From a bacterium (GTDB lineage Bacteria; Patescibacteriota; Minisyncoccia; Phycocordibacterales; Phycocordibacteraceae), in contig JAJYHK010000005.1 of assembly GCA_021784815.1 (NCBI GenBank), positions 25,917-89,916 on the forward strand: a stretch of 64,000 nt of DNA. Direction: 5' to 3'. Both the position numbers and the translations under genes were made by a program. The notes beneath the pieces were generated by a model. It worked only from the letters and a program-made list of their open reading frames with translations. It was not told the origin of the DNA and did no database searches. Position 1 is the stretch's first letter. Every line of letters begins with the position of its first letter. Below are positions 1-8,866 of this stretch, one piece after another.

Positions 1-145
1 CGCTTTACGTTGACGCATCCTCACGATTTTACCGCATCAAAAAGAAGACCGGTACTACACCAAGACCGCCCAGAGCATTTCGGACAGCTTTTTATCATCC
101 GTATTGCCTGCACCATCGAAGCTGCGGCTTAAATACGCTTATGTG
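1..145 (+). mobile_element. Possible degraded IS5-family transposase 3' end
   Basis: Fragments across frames (RFYRIKK, KTAQS, LRLKYAY) resemble the IS5 C-terminus RIKxFRRIATRYDKTA. Heavily decayed. Confidence 0.25.
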
Positions 146-148
146 AGA

Positions 149-349
149 ATGAACGCGCTAATTTTTGGGAGGCACCATTTTGTGAGAATCATGTTCTTGG
201 ACTTCTCCATCGTCTTTGCGGTTGTGGTACTCTTAGGTCATTTGCACTACTCAATTGACGTTGCCTCAGCCTATTTTATTACATTCAGCATTTTTAGCCT
301 AGCCAAAGAACGCTTAAGAAATCACTGGGAATTCGCTAATCTAGCATGA
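149..349 (+). pseudogene. C-terminal fragment of a PAP2-like membrane phosphatase/phosphotransferase
   Basis: VVLLGHLHYSIDV motif and hydrophobic helices. No matching N-terminus. Overlaps the start of the GT2 gene. Confidence 0.5.
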
Positions 350-1068
350 ACAAACGTTCGCTTAGTCTTATAGTCCCTGCGTACAATGAAGAAAAATACA
401 TTGGTGCATGCCTGGAAAGCATAATTCGCAATGGTAACGGCCAATTCCTTGAGATCCTCGTCATCGATAACGCGAGCACCGATGCCACCGCGAAATGTGC
501 ATCCGCGTTCTCCGGCGTCCGCGTGATCAGAGAGGAAAGAAGGGGAGTAACTCGCGCACGTGAGCGCGGATTCCGAGAAGCACGTGGAGATCTCCTCGCA
601 TTCATAGATGCCGATACCCGGATTCCGAAAGGATGGTTTGAACTACTGCATAAAGAGTATAGCGCCGAGCCACGACTCGCCTGCCTGAGTGGTCCGTATG
701 TGTATTATGATTTTTCTCCATGGATGCGTTTTCTCTCTTCGCTCTATTGGAACGCACTCGCCGTTCCTTTATCACTGATGGTTGGGTATATGGCCATAGC
801 TGGTAATATGGTTCTTCCTCGCATCGTTCTTGAAAAGATGGGCGGTTTTGACACTTCAATTGAGTTCTACGGCGATGATACCGACACGGCACGACGCGCA
901 CGGGCATTTGGGAAAGTGCGTTTTACTCCCCGCTTCTTCGTATGTAGCTCTGGCCGCCGATTCCTCCAGCAAGGCCTCCTAAATACAACGAATAAGTACA
1001 TCTCGGCTTTCTTCGCAGGAGTGATCTTCCACCGGCCGCTTCGGAGCACTCACGAGAACTTCCGATAA
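346..1068 (+). CDS. Glycosyltransferase family 2
   Basis: SLIVPAYNEE, IDNASTD, FIDAD motifs. Confidence 0.9.
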   Translation: MNKRSLSLIVPAYNEEKYIGACLESIIRNGNGQFLEILVIDNASTDATAKCASAFSGVRVIREERRGVTRARERGFREARGDLLAFIDADTRIPKGWFELLHKEYSAEPRLACLSGPYVYYDFSPWMRFLSSLYWNALAVPLSLMVGYMAIAGNMVLPRIVLEKMGGFDTSIEFYGDDTDTARRARAFGKVRFTPRFFVCSSGRRFLQQGLLNTTNKYISAFFAGVIFHRPLRSTHENFR

Positions 1069-1083
1069 AATCGTTACCCGCGT

Positions 1084-1686
1084 ATGGCTTTCACGCACGC
1101 CGTTACATTGTTCATCGAATACCGGTATTGGGCGCTCATCCCGCTTGCCATCATCGAAGGTCCCGTCATTGCTTTTGTTGCGGGAGCGCTCGCGGCCGCA
1201 GGTTATTTCAATATTTTCTTCCTTGGCGTGCTCTTTTTTACACGAGATATGCTTATGGATTCGATGTACTATGCCATAGGGTACTATGGGGCCGACACGC
1301 ATGTGGCAAAACGCATTCTTCGAAAACTCCGGATCCAAAACGAACATTTGCAAGCTGTCCGCGTGCTCTGGGAAAAATATCCGGCTCGTACGATGTTTAT
1401 CGGAAAGATTTCGTATGGGGTAGCATCTTCGTTTATTGTGGTGGCCGGGATTATCAAGATGCGGCTGAGAAAATTTTATGGCTACGGTAGTCTAGTTGCA
1501 ATTCTTCAGTTCTGGACGCTTCTTGCGCTGGGATACTTCTACGGAGCGGCACTTGGAGGCACAATCGTATCCGCACTAAACAATTTTGAGTATGCAATTG
1601 CGGGATTCGGAATTATCCTCGTTGGATACTACTACGTAAGTCTTCGGGCTCGAAAAATAGTTCTTCAAGAGGATGCCGAGCTTTGA
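1084..1686 (+). CDS. DedA/VTT family membrane protein
   Basis: LAIIEGP N-terminal motif, multiple TM segments, AGIIKM motif. Confidence 0.8.
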   Translation: MAFTHAVTLFIEYRYWALIPLAIIEGPVIAFVAGALAAAGYFNIFFLGVLFFTRDMLMDSMYYAIGYYGADTHVAKRILRKLRIQNEHLQAVRVLWEKYPARTMFIGKISYGVASSFIVVAGIIKMRLRKFYGYGSLVAILQFWTLLALGYFYGAALGGTIVSALNNFEYAIAGFGIILVGYYYVSLRARKIVLQEDAEL

Positions 1687-1865
1687 ATTGAACACCGCTT
1701 TCTCTATTGGACACCCAGGCCGACATGGTACTGGCTTTCGGGCCTTTCGGTGCTGTAACACTTCAGGAGAGCTAGACACCACCCACAGAACCAAACGTAA
1801 ACGATATTCTTGTCTGCAACGTTTTGCTGACAAAGTCACAAGGCCAGCCTATGCTTCTCATCTTA

Positions 1866-2173
1866 AACCGGACAAATGGAGCGCGTACGACGGCCTCGTT
1901 TTCGACGGATACAAGCATACCCGCATCAATCACTCAAAGCAGTATTCAGACCGCAGAGGCGGGCACGTGAACGGTATCGAGAACTTCTGGAGCTTCGCGA
2001 AAAGGAGGCTCGCGAAATTCAACGGCGTCTCCCGGGAGACGTTCCTTCTGCACCTCAAGGAGTGCGAATTCAGATACAACCACAAAGGCAACGTGCTTGA
2101 AACCCTCTTAGGGTTTGTGCGGCTTAGCGGATATACGTTGAAAATGCTACATAACAGAAAAGGCCAGCAATAG
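1866..2173 (+). mobile_element. IS1595-family transposase remnant (C-terminal DDE part)
   Basis: DKWSAYDGL...HVNGIENFWSFAKRRLAKFNGV...LHLKECEFRYN. N-terminus absent. Confidence 0.8.
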
Positions 2174-2347
2174 ATTTGCTGGCCTTTTCTGGTGAACACC
2201 CGGGCCGGTACGGTACTGGTTTTTAGGCCTGTCGGTACTGGTTCCTGGCGTCACAACCGTGTTTGGGAGGACTGGACTATGACCGGCTTTCGTCACCTTG
2301 TATTTCCTCACTATTTTCTTTCTGAACCTTATTCGATTCCTGCGTCC
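2156..2347. repeat. tRNA-associated junction repeat, copy 1
   Basis: Hairpin 2156-2190, then GTACTGGTTCCTGGCGTCACAACCGTGTT (core 2248-2263), GTATTTCCTCACTATTTT, and TTCGATTCC at 2332-2340. Confidence 0.85.
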
Positions 2348-2448
2348 ATCACTTTCTTGTCAGAATCCGCGGGACGACACTAGACTGCGTATGCAAGATG
2401 AAACTTATTTCTCCATGCATAGGTAGTAAGTAGTAATAAGTACCGTCT

Positions 2449-4272
2449 ATGTGTGGAATCGTTGGCTATATTGGTAAGAAGGACGCAACCCCGTTTTTGA
2501 TTGAAGGATTGCGCGCACTTGAGTATCGTGGCTACGATTCTGCTGGTATATATGTCGCCGGACAAGGCGTCCTGAAACGCGTAGGGAAAGTAGATATGCT
2601 TACCAAGGCAATACCGAAGACGTTTTCTGGAAACGCCGGCATCGCGCACACTCGCTGGGCCACCCACGGCTCCCCAACCGAGGCGAACGCCCATCCTCAC
2701 ACCGACACCGCCGAAGAAGTCCTGCTGGTACACAATGGCATCATCGAAAATTACCACGAGCTACGCAATGAACTCGAGTCCGAAGGGATCATTTTTTACT
2801 CTGACACCGACACCGAAGTTCTCGCCAAGATTATTGGCCAAACGTATACCGCCGACACGTTGCTTGAAGATGCCGTGACGCGCGCACTCGCGCGCGTGCG
2901 CGGAACGTATGGCATCGCGGTCATGTCGAGACGCGAACCGGAAAAGATCGTCGCGACCAGGCTCGGAAGCTCGCTTTTAATCGGCATCGGCACCGACGGG
3001 TACTATATTGCCTCCGATGCGACACCTGTCCTCCCTCACGCGCGCGAAGTGATCTATCTCGACGACGGTGAGATGGCGATCCTCACACTCGAGACTTACG
3101 CCGTCCGGAATGCAATCAAAACACTTGTAGAAAAATCTCCAGAGACTCTCGAGTGGGACGCTGAGTCAGTAAAGAAACAGGGCTACGAGCACTTCATGTT
3201 GAAAGAGATCATGGAAATGCCCGAGGTCATAAAAAATACCCTGCGCGGACGACTTGACCCAGACGAAGGTACATCGATTCTCGGTGGACTACGTGACGTC
3301 ATGCCGAGACTCGCACACATACGCCGCCTCATCATCACCGGCTGTGGCAGCGCGTATTACGCCGGCCTCGTCGGCCAGGAGCTCATCGAAGAATTCTCCG
3401 GTATCCCGGTCGAAGTCGAGATTGCTTCGGAACTACGCTACCGCCGTTTTACTGGAGACCCGGAGCATACCGTCTTGCTCGCGGTCTCGCAGTCGGGCGA
3501 AACCGCTGATACGCTTGAAGCGATTCGTATCGCAAAGCGGCACGGCATGCTTACGCTCGGAATAGTAAACGCAGTCGGTTCTTCAATCGCACGTGAGACC
3601 GACGCCGGAGTATACAACCACGCTGGACCGGAAATCGGAGTCGCGTCGACCAAAGGATTCGTCTCGCAAGTCGCTGTCCTCGCGCTCATCGCGCTTATGT
3701 TCGGACGCCAGCGCAGTCTCTCCGAAAAAGAGGGTCGTGAGCTCGTCGAGGCACTTACGATCCTTCCCGAAAAAGCCGCTGAGATCCTTACCCGGACCGA
3801 CTCCATCGCAGAAGCCGCGCGAAGCTTCACCAGCACGCAAAACGCACTTTACATTGGACGTAAATATCAATGCCCAGTCGCCTACGAAGGCGCGCTGAAA
3901 CTCAAAGAGATTTCGTACATACACGCCGAGGGATATAGCGCAGGTGAAATGAAACATGGGCCAATCGCACTCATTGAACCATCCTTCCCCACAATTGCGA
4001 TCGCCCCGAGAGATTCTCTCTACGAAAAGATCTGCTCAAATATTGAGGAGATTCGTGCTCGAAGTGGCAGAGTCATCGCAATAACCACAGACGGCAATAC
4101 CGGCCTGACCCGCCTCGCCGACCACATTTTCTACGTACCAGAAACTCACGAGGCACTCCTCCCGATTCTTACCACCATCCCGTTGCAACTCTTTGCCTAC
4201 CATGTTGCAAGAGAGCGAGGCCTGCCTATCGACAAACCTCGCAATCTCGCAAAATCAGTGACGGTTGAGTAG
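2449..4272 (+). CDS. glmS: Glutamine--fructose-6-phosphate transaminase
   Basis: MCGIVG, HTRWATHG, SQSGETADT, PRNLAKSVTVE. Confidence 0.97.
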   Translation: MCGIVGYIGKKDATPFLIEGLRALEYRGYDSAGIYVAGQGVLKRVGKVDMLTKAIPKTFSGNAGIAHTRWATHGSPTEANAHPHTDTAEEVLLVHNGIIENYHELRNELESEGIIFYSDTDTEVLAKIIGQTYTADTLLEDAVTRALARVRGTYGIAVMSRREPEKIVATRLGSSLLIGIGTDGYYIASDATPVLPHAREVIYLDDGEMAILTLETYAVRNAIKTLVEKSPETLEWDAESVKKQGYEHFMLKEIMEMPEVIKNTLRGRLDPDEGTSILGGLRDVMPRLAHIRRLIITGCGSAYYAGLVGQELIEEFSGIPVEVEIASELRYRRFTGDPEHTVLLAVSQSGETADTLEAIRIAKRHGMLTLGIVNAVGSSIARETDAGVYNHAGPEIGVASTKGFVSQVAVLALIALMFGRQRSLSEKEGRELVEALTILPEKAAEILTRTDSIAEAARSFTSTQNALYIGRKYQCPVAYEGALKLKEISYIHAEGYSAGEMKHGPIALIEPSFPTIAIAPRDSLYEKICSNIEEIRARSGRVIAITTDGNTGLTRLADHIFYVPETHEALLPILTTIPLQLFAYHVARERGLPIDKPRNLAKSVTVE

Positions 4273-4309
4273 TGCCTATAACTATAACTCCGCGGCAATG
4301 GTAATGGAG

Positions 4310-4497
4310 ACGCGAGCAAAGCCGCAACATGTGTCGCGGCTTTGCTCGCGTGATTCCTATCGGTACCGTACTTATTTTTGACGAGCGCCAGTACTTGATA
4401 CAGCGTCACAACCGTGTTGAATTTATTGGACACGAATCAGATTCTGTAGCATTGTATTTTCTTGGTATTTTAGCGAGATTCAGTTCGATTCCTGCAG
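4310..4497. repeat. tRNA-associated junction repeat, copy 2
   Basis: Hairpin 4310-4350, core GCGTCACAACCGTGTT 4403-4418, GTATTTTCTTGGTATTTT, and GTTCGATTCC at 4483-4492. Confidence 0.8.
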
Positions 4498-4506
4498 ACG
4501 TATCCA

Positions 4507-5346
4507 CTACTCAGGCAAATTCGCTTGCTCGACCAAAAACCGGAGCGGCAGCTCTTGCTTCACAGCGTGCGCCGAACCGTACACCGCGAACAAACGGTCA
4601 TATTTCTTTAATCCTTCTGCGATCCGCTCAAAAATGTGTTCGTTGCGAAAGGCACTTGAGCTTCGAGAAATTTTGTTAGTAACGCTCTGCGGTTTACCCT
4701 CCCACGGAATCGGATCCACCTTATCGCTATAGAACTGCTCGTCATCGAGCTGGAGACTCTCGATCACTTCCTTACCAAAAGCTGCGAGTTCTGCAGCATC
4801 CCATCCCGCACGTTGAACTAGCCGTTCTGATTCTTGCTCTACGATCCGCTCGCACGCTTTGGGGTCCCGATTCTCGTTATTTCGCTGGTACTGAAGTATG
4901 TCTCGAAACACGTAATAGTCGAAAATATCCCTCTTCGAGAAACCGCTCTCCATAAGGTGCTGGACCTCCATGGCAAATCGCGGTTCAGGCGACTCGAAAT
5001 CAGCTCCTGCGTCTACGGCAAGCTTCAGGGTATAGAAATTCTCGCCCTCCGTTCGCGCGTCCTCGATACTCATATTCTTGAGGCGTTCTCGCCAGCCTTC
5101 TTTGTCCTCGTTAGCCGATTCAATTCCTTCGACGTACACCATCTGCGGATTCGCTTTTTTGAGAGCGGCGGCGATGTCGTCGAGAACTGGGTCGGAGGGA
5201 TTGCCCGTGTGATACGTCCCGAAGTACGCCAGTTCCTTGGGGCCATTCTTTACCTCGAACTCGTAAACTCGCTTTCCCTCCTGACGCGCAAACGGGTGAT
5301 CCTGGTACTGCTCACTCGACAGGATCGCTCCTTTCAGCTCATCCAT
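4507..5346 (-). CDS. Hypothetical protein (279 aa, acidic), single-gene cassette
   Basis: Long ORF with protein-like composition and a C-terminal YGSAH motif. Bounded by junction copies 2 and 3. Confidence 0.7.
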   Translation of the reverse strand: MDELKGAILSSEQYQDHPFARQEGKRVYEFEVKNGPKELAYFGTYHTGNPSDPVLDDIAAALKKANPQMVYVEGIESANEDKEGWRERLKNMSIEDARTEGENFYTLKLAVDAGADFESPEPRFAMEVQHLMESGFSKRDIFDYYVFRDILQYQRNNENRDPKACERIVEQESERLVQRAGWDAAELAAFGKEVIESLQLDDEQFYSDKVDPIPWEGKPQSVTNKISRSSSAFRNEHIFERIAEGLKKYDRLFAVYGSAHAVKQELPLRFLVEQANLPE

Positions 5347-5388
5347 GCTGTACCGACGGTCTGGCGAGAAGCCACCGTCTTTATATTG

Positions 5389-5562
5389 CCGCGTATGGAA
5401 ATACGCGGGTTTCTGGATTTTAGGGGCGTCGGAACAGTACCAATTTTGGTGCAGTTCCTGGCGTCACAACCGTGTTGCGGGGGCGGGAATTGACTTCACC
5501 CATCTCCGTCGCGTACTCCCTCAGTATTTTCTGTGGGCATCTGGTTCGATTCCCGCGCCCTC
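5389..5562. repeat. tRNA-associated junction repeat, copy 3 (attR-like)
   Basis: 5389-5490 closely matches 11869-11982, including the tRNA 3' end GCGGGGGYGGGAAT. Followed by GTACTCCCTCAGTATTTT and GGTTCGATTCCCGC. Confidence 0.9.
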
Positions 5563-5615
5563 TCCTCAAAATCTAATTAACTAGAAACGTGACGCCCATT
5601 TCTTTTCTATTGGCC

Positions 5616-5644
5616 TTGCGGTATCAGCAAGTGGCTGGTATATT
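5616..5644 (+). promoter_or_regulatory. Sigma70 promoter of the aspS leader
   Basis: TTGCGG-17 nt-TATATT with an extended TG. Confidence 0.7.
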
Positions 5645-5650
5645 CATATA

Positions 5651-5850
5651 AAGGCATGGACGCTGCTGACACAGCCGAGCCGAGGAAAGAAATCCCTGAC
5701 TTGGGAAAGTAGAATCCTCCGGAGAAAGCCCGTAATAGCTTTAATGAGGTCAAGTGCGAGCTTGACGAAGTAAGGTGGCACCGCGACGACATTCGCCCTT
5801 ACAAATCCATCCGAAGTCTTAATTGGTGGATTTGTAAGGGATATTTTATT
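5651..5850 (+). promoter_or_regulatory. T-box riboswitch (Asp, GAC specifier, ultrashort Stem I)
   Basis: AAGTAAGGTGGCACCGCG T-box with antiterminator pairing and a competing hairpin 5796-5840 plus T-rich tail. Stem II with GAA/AGTA, CCGTAA F-box-like loop, and Stem III are present. GAC at 5668-5670 sits in the Stem I loop. Confidence 0.85.
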
Positions 5851-5853
5851 TAT

Positions 5854-7173
5854 ATGGAAAAAAGATTGCATATTAACGAAATACGGAATCATGTCGGCAA
5901 GGCGGTGACAATCGCAGGTTTTGTTCATATAGTCCGCGACCAAGGGAGCATAAAGTTCCTCATGATTCGAGATATCACCGGGATTATCCAGGTGGTGGTT
6001 ACCAAGCACAAGCCGGAAGCGCTTGAGATAGCAAAGACACTTACCCACGAATCGGTTGTGGAGATTATCGGACTCGCTAAAGAAGAGAAACAAGCTCCTG
6101 GCGGTTTTGAGATTGAAGCAGATCAAATTACAATCCTCTCCCTCGCTGATCCGGAGCTTCCGATACCTATTGTCGAGAAGGGTCAGCAGGAAGAAACTGA
6201 TCAGTCGACCCGGTTGGATTGGAGGTGGCTTGATCTTCGCAAGCCCGAGAAGGCACTTATTTTCAAAGTCTGGACGACGATGGAACAGGCATTCCGCTCG
6301 TACTGCATCAACAGCGGATTTATCGAGATCCATTCCCCTAAGCTAACCGCTACCGCGACCGAGTCCGGCGCTGAACTGTTCGCCGTGAAGTATTTTGACC
6401 AGGAGGCGCGCTTGGCGCAGAGTCCTCAACTGTATAAGCAGATGGCGATGGCAGCTGGCTTCGAGAAGGTCTTTGAGGTGGGTCCAGTATTCCGAGCAAA
6501 CCCGTCTTTCACCTCGAGGCACGATACCGAATTCACCATGTACGACGTTGAGGTGTCTTTCATCAAATCCCATCACGATTTGATGGATGAGGAGGAACGC
6601 ATGGTAGTCGCTATGCTTCAAGCAGTGAAGGAGAAGCACGGAGAGGAGATTGAGAAGCTCTACGGCCGTACCGTAGAAATCCCTAAACTTCCCTTCCCGC
6701 GACTGACGGTAAAAGAGGTTAAGGAAATAACCAGCCGCATGGGCATTCCCGACGAGCGCGATGGCGACATGAGTCCCGAAGAGGAGCGCGCGGTTTCCGA
6801 GCACATTCTGAAAGAAACCGGATCAGAGTTCCTGTTCATTCACGAATTCCCGACTAAGGTGCGCGCGTTCTATAGCATGCGCAAAGAGGACGACCTGGAG
6901 GTGACCAATAGCTTCGACCTTCTCTGGAACGGTCTCGAGATTACGAGTGGCGCTCAGCGCGAGCATCGGTACGAACAACTCAAGAAGCAAATCGAGGAGC
7001 AAGGTCTGGATGTTTCCGGATTCGAATCCTATCTTAATTTCTTCCGTTACGGCTGCCCTCCTCACGGAGGATTTGCTCCGGGACCGACGCGCATGCTCAT
7101 GAAGCTCCTGAATGTTGCGAACGTGCGCGAGGTGACGTATCTCTACCGCGGCGTGAAGCGTCTTACTCCGTAA
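5854..7173 (+). CDS. aspS: Aspartate--tRNA(Asp/Asn) ligase, archaeal-type, non-discriminating signature
   Basis: OB-fold N-terminus; LAQSPQLYKQ, GPVFRA, RHDTEF, GAQREH, PPHGG; His in GFVHIVRD and Pro in KQAPGG. Confidence 0.92.
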   Translation: MEKRLHINEIRNHVGKAVTIAGFVHIVRDQGSIKFLMIRDITGIIQVVVTKHKPEALEIAKTLTHESVVEIIGLAKEEKQAPGGFEIEADQITILSLADPELPIPIVEKGQQEETDQSTRLDWRWLDLRKPEKALIFKVWTTMEQAFRSYCINSGFIEIHSPKLTATATESGAELFAVKYFDQEARLAQSPQLYKQMAMAAGFEKVFEVGPVFRANPSFTSRHDTEFTMYDVEVSFIKSHHDLMDEEERMVVAMLQAVKEKHGEEIEKLYGRTVEIPKLPFPRLTVKEVKEITSRMGIPDERDGDMSPEEERAVSEHILKETGSEFLFIHEFPTKVRAFYSMRKEDDLEVTNSFDLLWNGLEITSGAQREHRYEQLKKQIEEQGLDVSGFESYLNFFRYGCPPHGGFAPGPTRMLMKLLNVANVREVTYLYRGVKRLTP

Positions 7174-7256
7174 GGTTTGCGTCATTCCTATTCCTATTGT
7201 CTAATAGGCGCTAAAGGGCTATAACTTCAGCAGGTCCCTTACCCTTGGAGGCGAGA

Positions 7257-8285
7257 ATGAATACTGTGCCAGTGGCTGACCATTTGCGTCATGCCCTTAA
7301 CCTCAAGCCCCAGGAAGTTGCTCTTCGAAAAGAACTCGATGAATGGCTCCCCGAGGTAATCATCGACTGTCATGCTCATTGCAACCTGGAGGCACATGTA
7401 AAGAATGTGAGCGACTACGCTTACAAGCACATGATGTCGTCTTTCACCTACCTGAGCCTGGAGGACTCGGCGAGGTTGAAGGATCTGTTCTATCCGTTCA
7501 GGAAGGTCAGGTCGCTCCGATTTCCGAAGACATTCCGGGGAATTGATCATCGTGCGGCAAACGAATATTTGCTGAACGAAAGCCCGGAAGACGATCGCAT
7601 CGCCGTGTTCGGCCTGCCGGAAGATTTCGACTACACCGTCGGCATCATGCGGCATCCCCGAGCTTCGGCACTTAAGATGTATTGGTCGTATGTCGATCCT
7701 CCGGCCAAGAAGATATACGATTTCTTCACGCCGGAGATTCTGGAGGAGGCGCAAGCCCTCGACCTGCCAATCATTCTGCATCTTCCGCGAATGATCGTTC
7801 ATACCTGCGACGATCTCATGGCTGTGCTTTCGGACTTTCCTCACCTGAGGGTAGTGCTGGCGCACCTGGGGCTGTCGAAACTCTTGGTCCCGGGTTTGGA
7901 AGAGGCGTACCGGCGAGCCGCGCGTTCTCCGAACGTGTGGCTCGATACGGCGCTGAATCCCTCTCCAGAGGTCGTCTCGCTGGCGCTCGAATGCTTCGGA
8001 CGCGATCGCATCATGTTCGGCTCGGATGAGCCGTTGAACCTGCTGCGATCAGTCGCGTATAAACATCCCGAGAAAGGCGAACGGATCGTCACCGACTATC
8101 AGTACCACTGGGTTGATCCGGTTGAATATGCCGAGTACGGCCACCTTGCGAAGGATGCCGTGCACGCTCAGTGGCAGTGTACGTTGGCTATAAAGAAAGC
8201 GGTCGAGGGCTATCCGCTCGAGGAACAAGAAGGGCTGAAAGCGCTCATCTTCCAGAAGACGGCTGAGCATGTCTTCAGGTTCTGA
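7257..8285 (+). CDS. Amidohydrolase superfamily metal-dependent hydrolase
   Basis: IIDCHAH, LPIILH, VLAHLG, IMFGSDEP; GGAGG SD. Confidence 0.85.
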   Translation: MNTVPVADHLRHALNLKPQEVALRKELDEWLPEVIIDCHAHCNLEAHVKNVSDYAYKHMMSSFTYLSLEDSARLKDLFYPFRKVRSLRFPKTFRGIDHRAANEYLLNESPEDDRIAVFGLPEDFDYTVGIMRHPRASALKMYWSYVDPPAKKIYDFFTPEILEEAQALDLPIILHLPRMIVHTCDDLMAVLSDFPHLRVVLAHLGLSKLLVPGLEEAYRRAARSPNVWLDTALNPSPEVVSLALECFGRDRIMFGSDEPLNLLRSVAYKHPEKGERIVTDYQYHWVDPVEYAEYGHLAKDAVHAQWQCTLAIKKAVEGYPLEEQEGLKALIFQKTAEHVFRF

Positions 8286-8322
8286 ATTGCACGGCGAGCT
8301 GAAACCAGCTCGCCGTGATTTT

Positions 8323-8787
8323 TTATTCTTCCTTTATAAGTTTCGCAAGTGCTGCAAGTTCTTCATCGCTCTCTCGCTTGTAGTCGTGGGAAGAAATATA
8401 CCCCTCGTAAACATCAAAGTATTTTTCGACATCGACTTTCCTTTCTTTCCACTCATCGGCCTTAGTACCATGCATCGGGAACATTTTTGCGTGGAGATGG
8501 TTCACTCCGAACCCTTCAAAAATCACTCCGGTACGCCCCACGTCCTCCAGCTTCGCGTCTAGTAATTTTGCGACCTTACCGGCTGCTAGTACCAGATCGG
8601 TCACGACTTGGTCAGGCAAATCAAAGAGGTAGCTGGGGTGATGGTCTTTCGGAATAACTACGGAAAAACCTTTAGTGTTAGGAAAGATGGAAAGAAACGC
8701 CACATGCTTGTCGTCCTCCCATATTCTGTGTGCAGGTTCTTCGCCCGCCGCAATTTTGCAAAATACGCAATCGTCTTTCCATACCAT
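8323..8787 (-). CDS. HIT family hydrolase (HxHxK variant)
   Basis: DCVFCKI, FLSIFP, VIPKDH, GVNHLHAK. Confidence 0.88.
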   Translation of the reverse strand: MVWKDDCVFCKIAAGEEPAHRIWEDDKHVAFLSIFPNTKGFSVVIPKDHHPSYLFDLPDQVVTDLVLAAGKVAKLLDAKLEDVGRTGVIFEGFGVNHLHAKMFPMHGTKADEWKERKVDVEKYFDVYEGYISSHDYKRESDEELAALAKLIKEE

Positions 8788-8826
8788 ATCGATTGATTTT
8801 ATCACGAGGCTTTTTATATAAAAGAA

Positions 8827-8854
8827 TGGCCCGGAGCATTGCTGCTCCGGGCCA
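8827..8854 (-). terminator. Hairpin terminator after the second aspS
   Basis: TGGCCCGGAGCA-TTGC-TGCTCCGGGCCA hairpin with a T-rich tail on the minus strand. Confidence 0.65.
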
Positions 8855-8866
8855 CGCCGTATCCCC

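Noticed and set aside
4383-4400. AGCGCCAGTAC resembling the glmS ribozyme 5' end
   Set aside because: It lies downstream of glmS, inside the junction repeat, and the rest of the ribozyme core is absent.
5477-5562. A second functional tRNA
   Set aside because: Only acceptor/T-arm-like ends are present; there is no D arm or anticodon arm on either strand.
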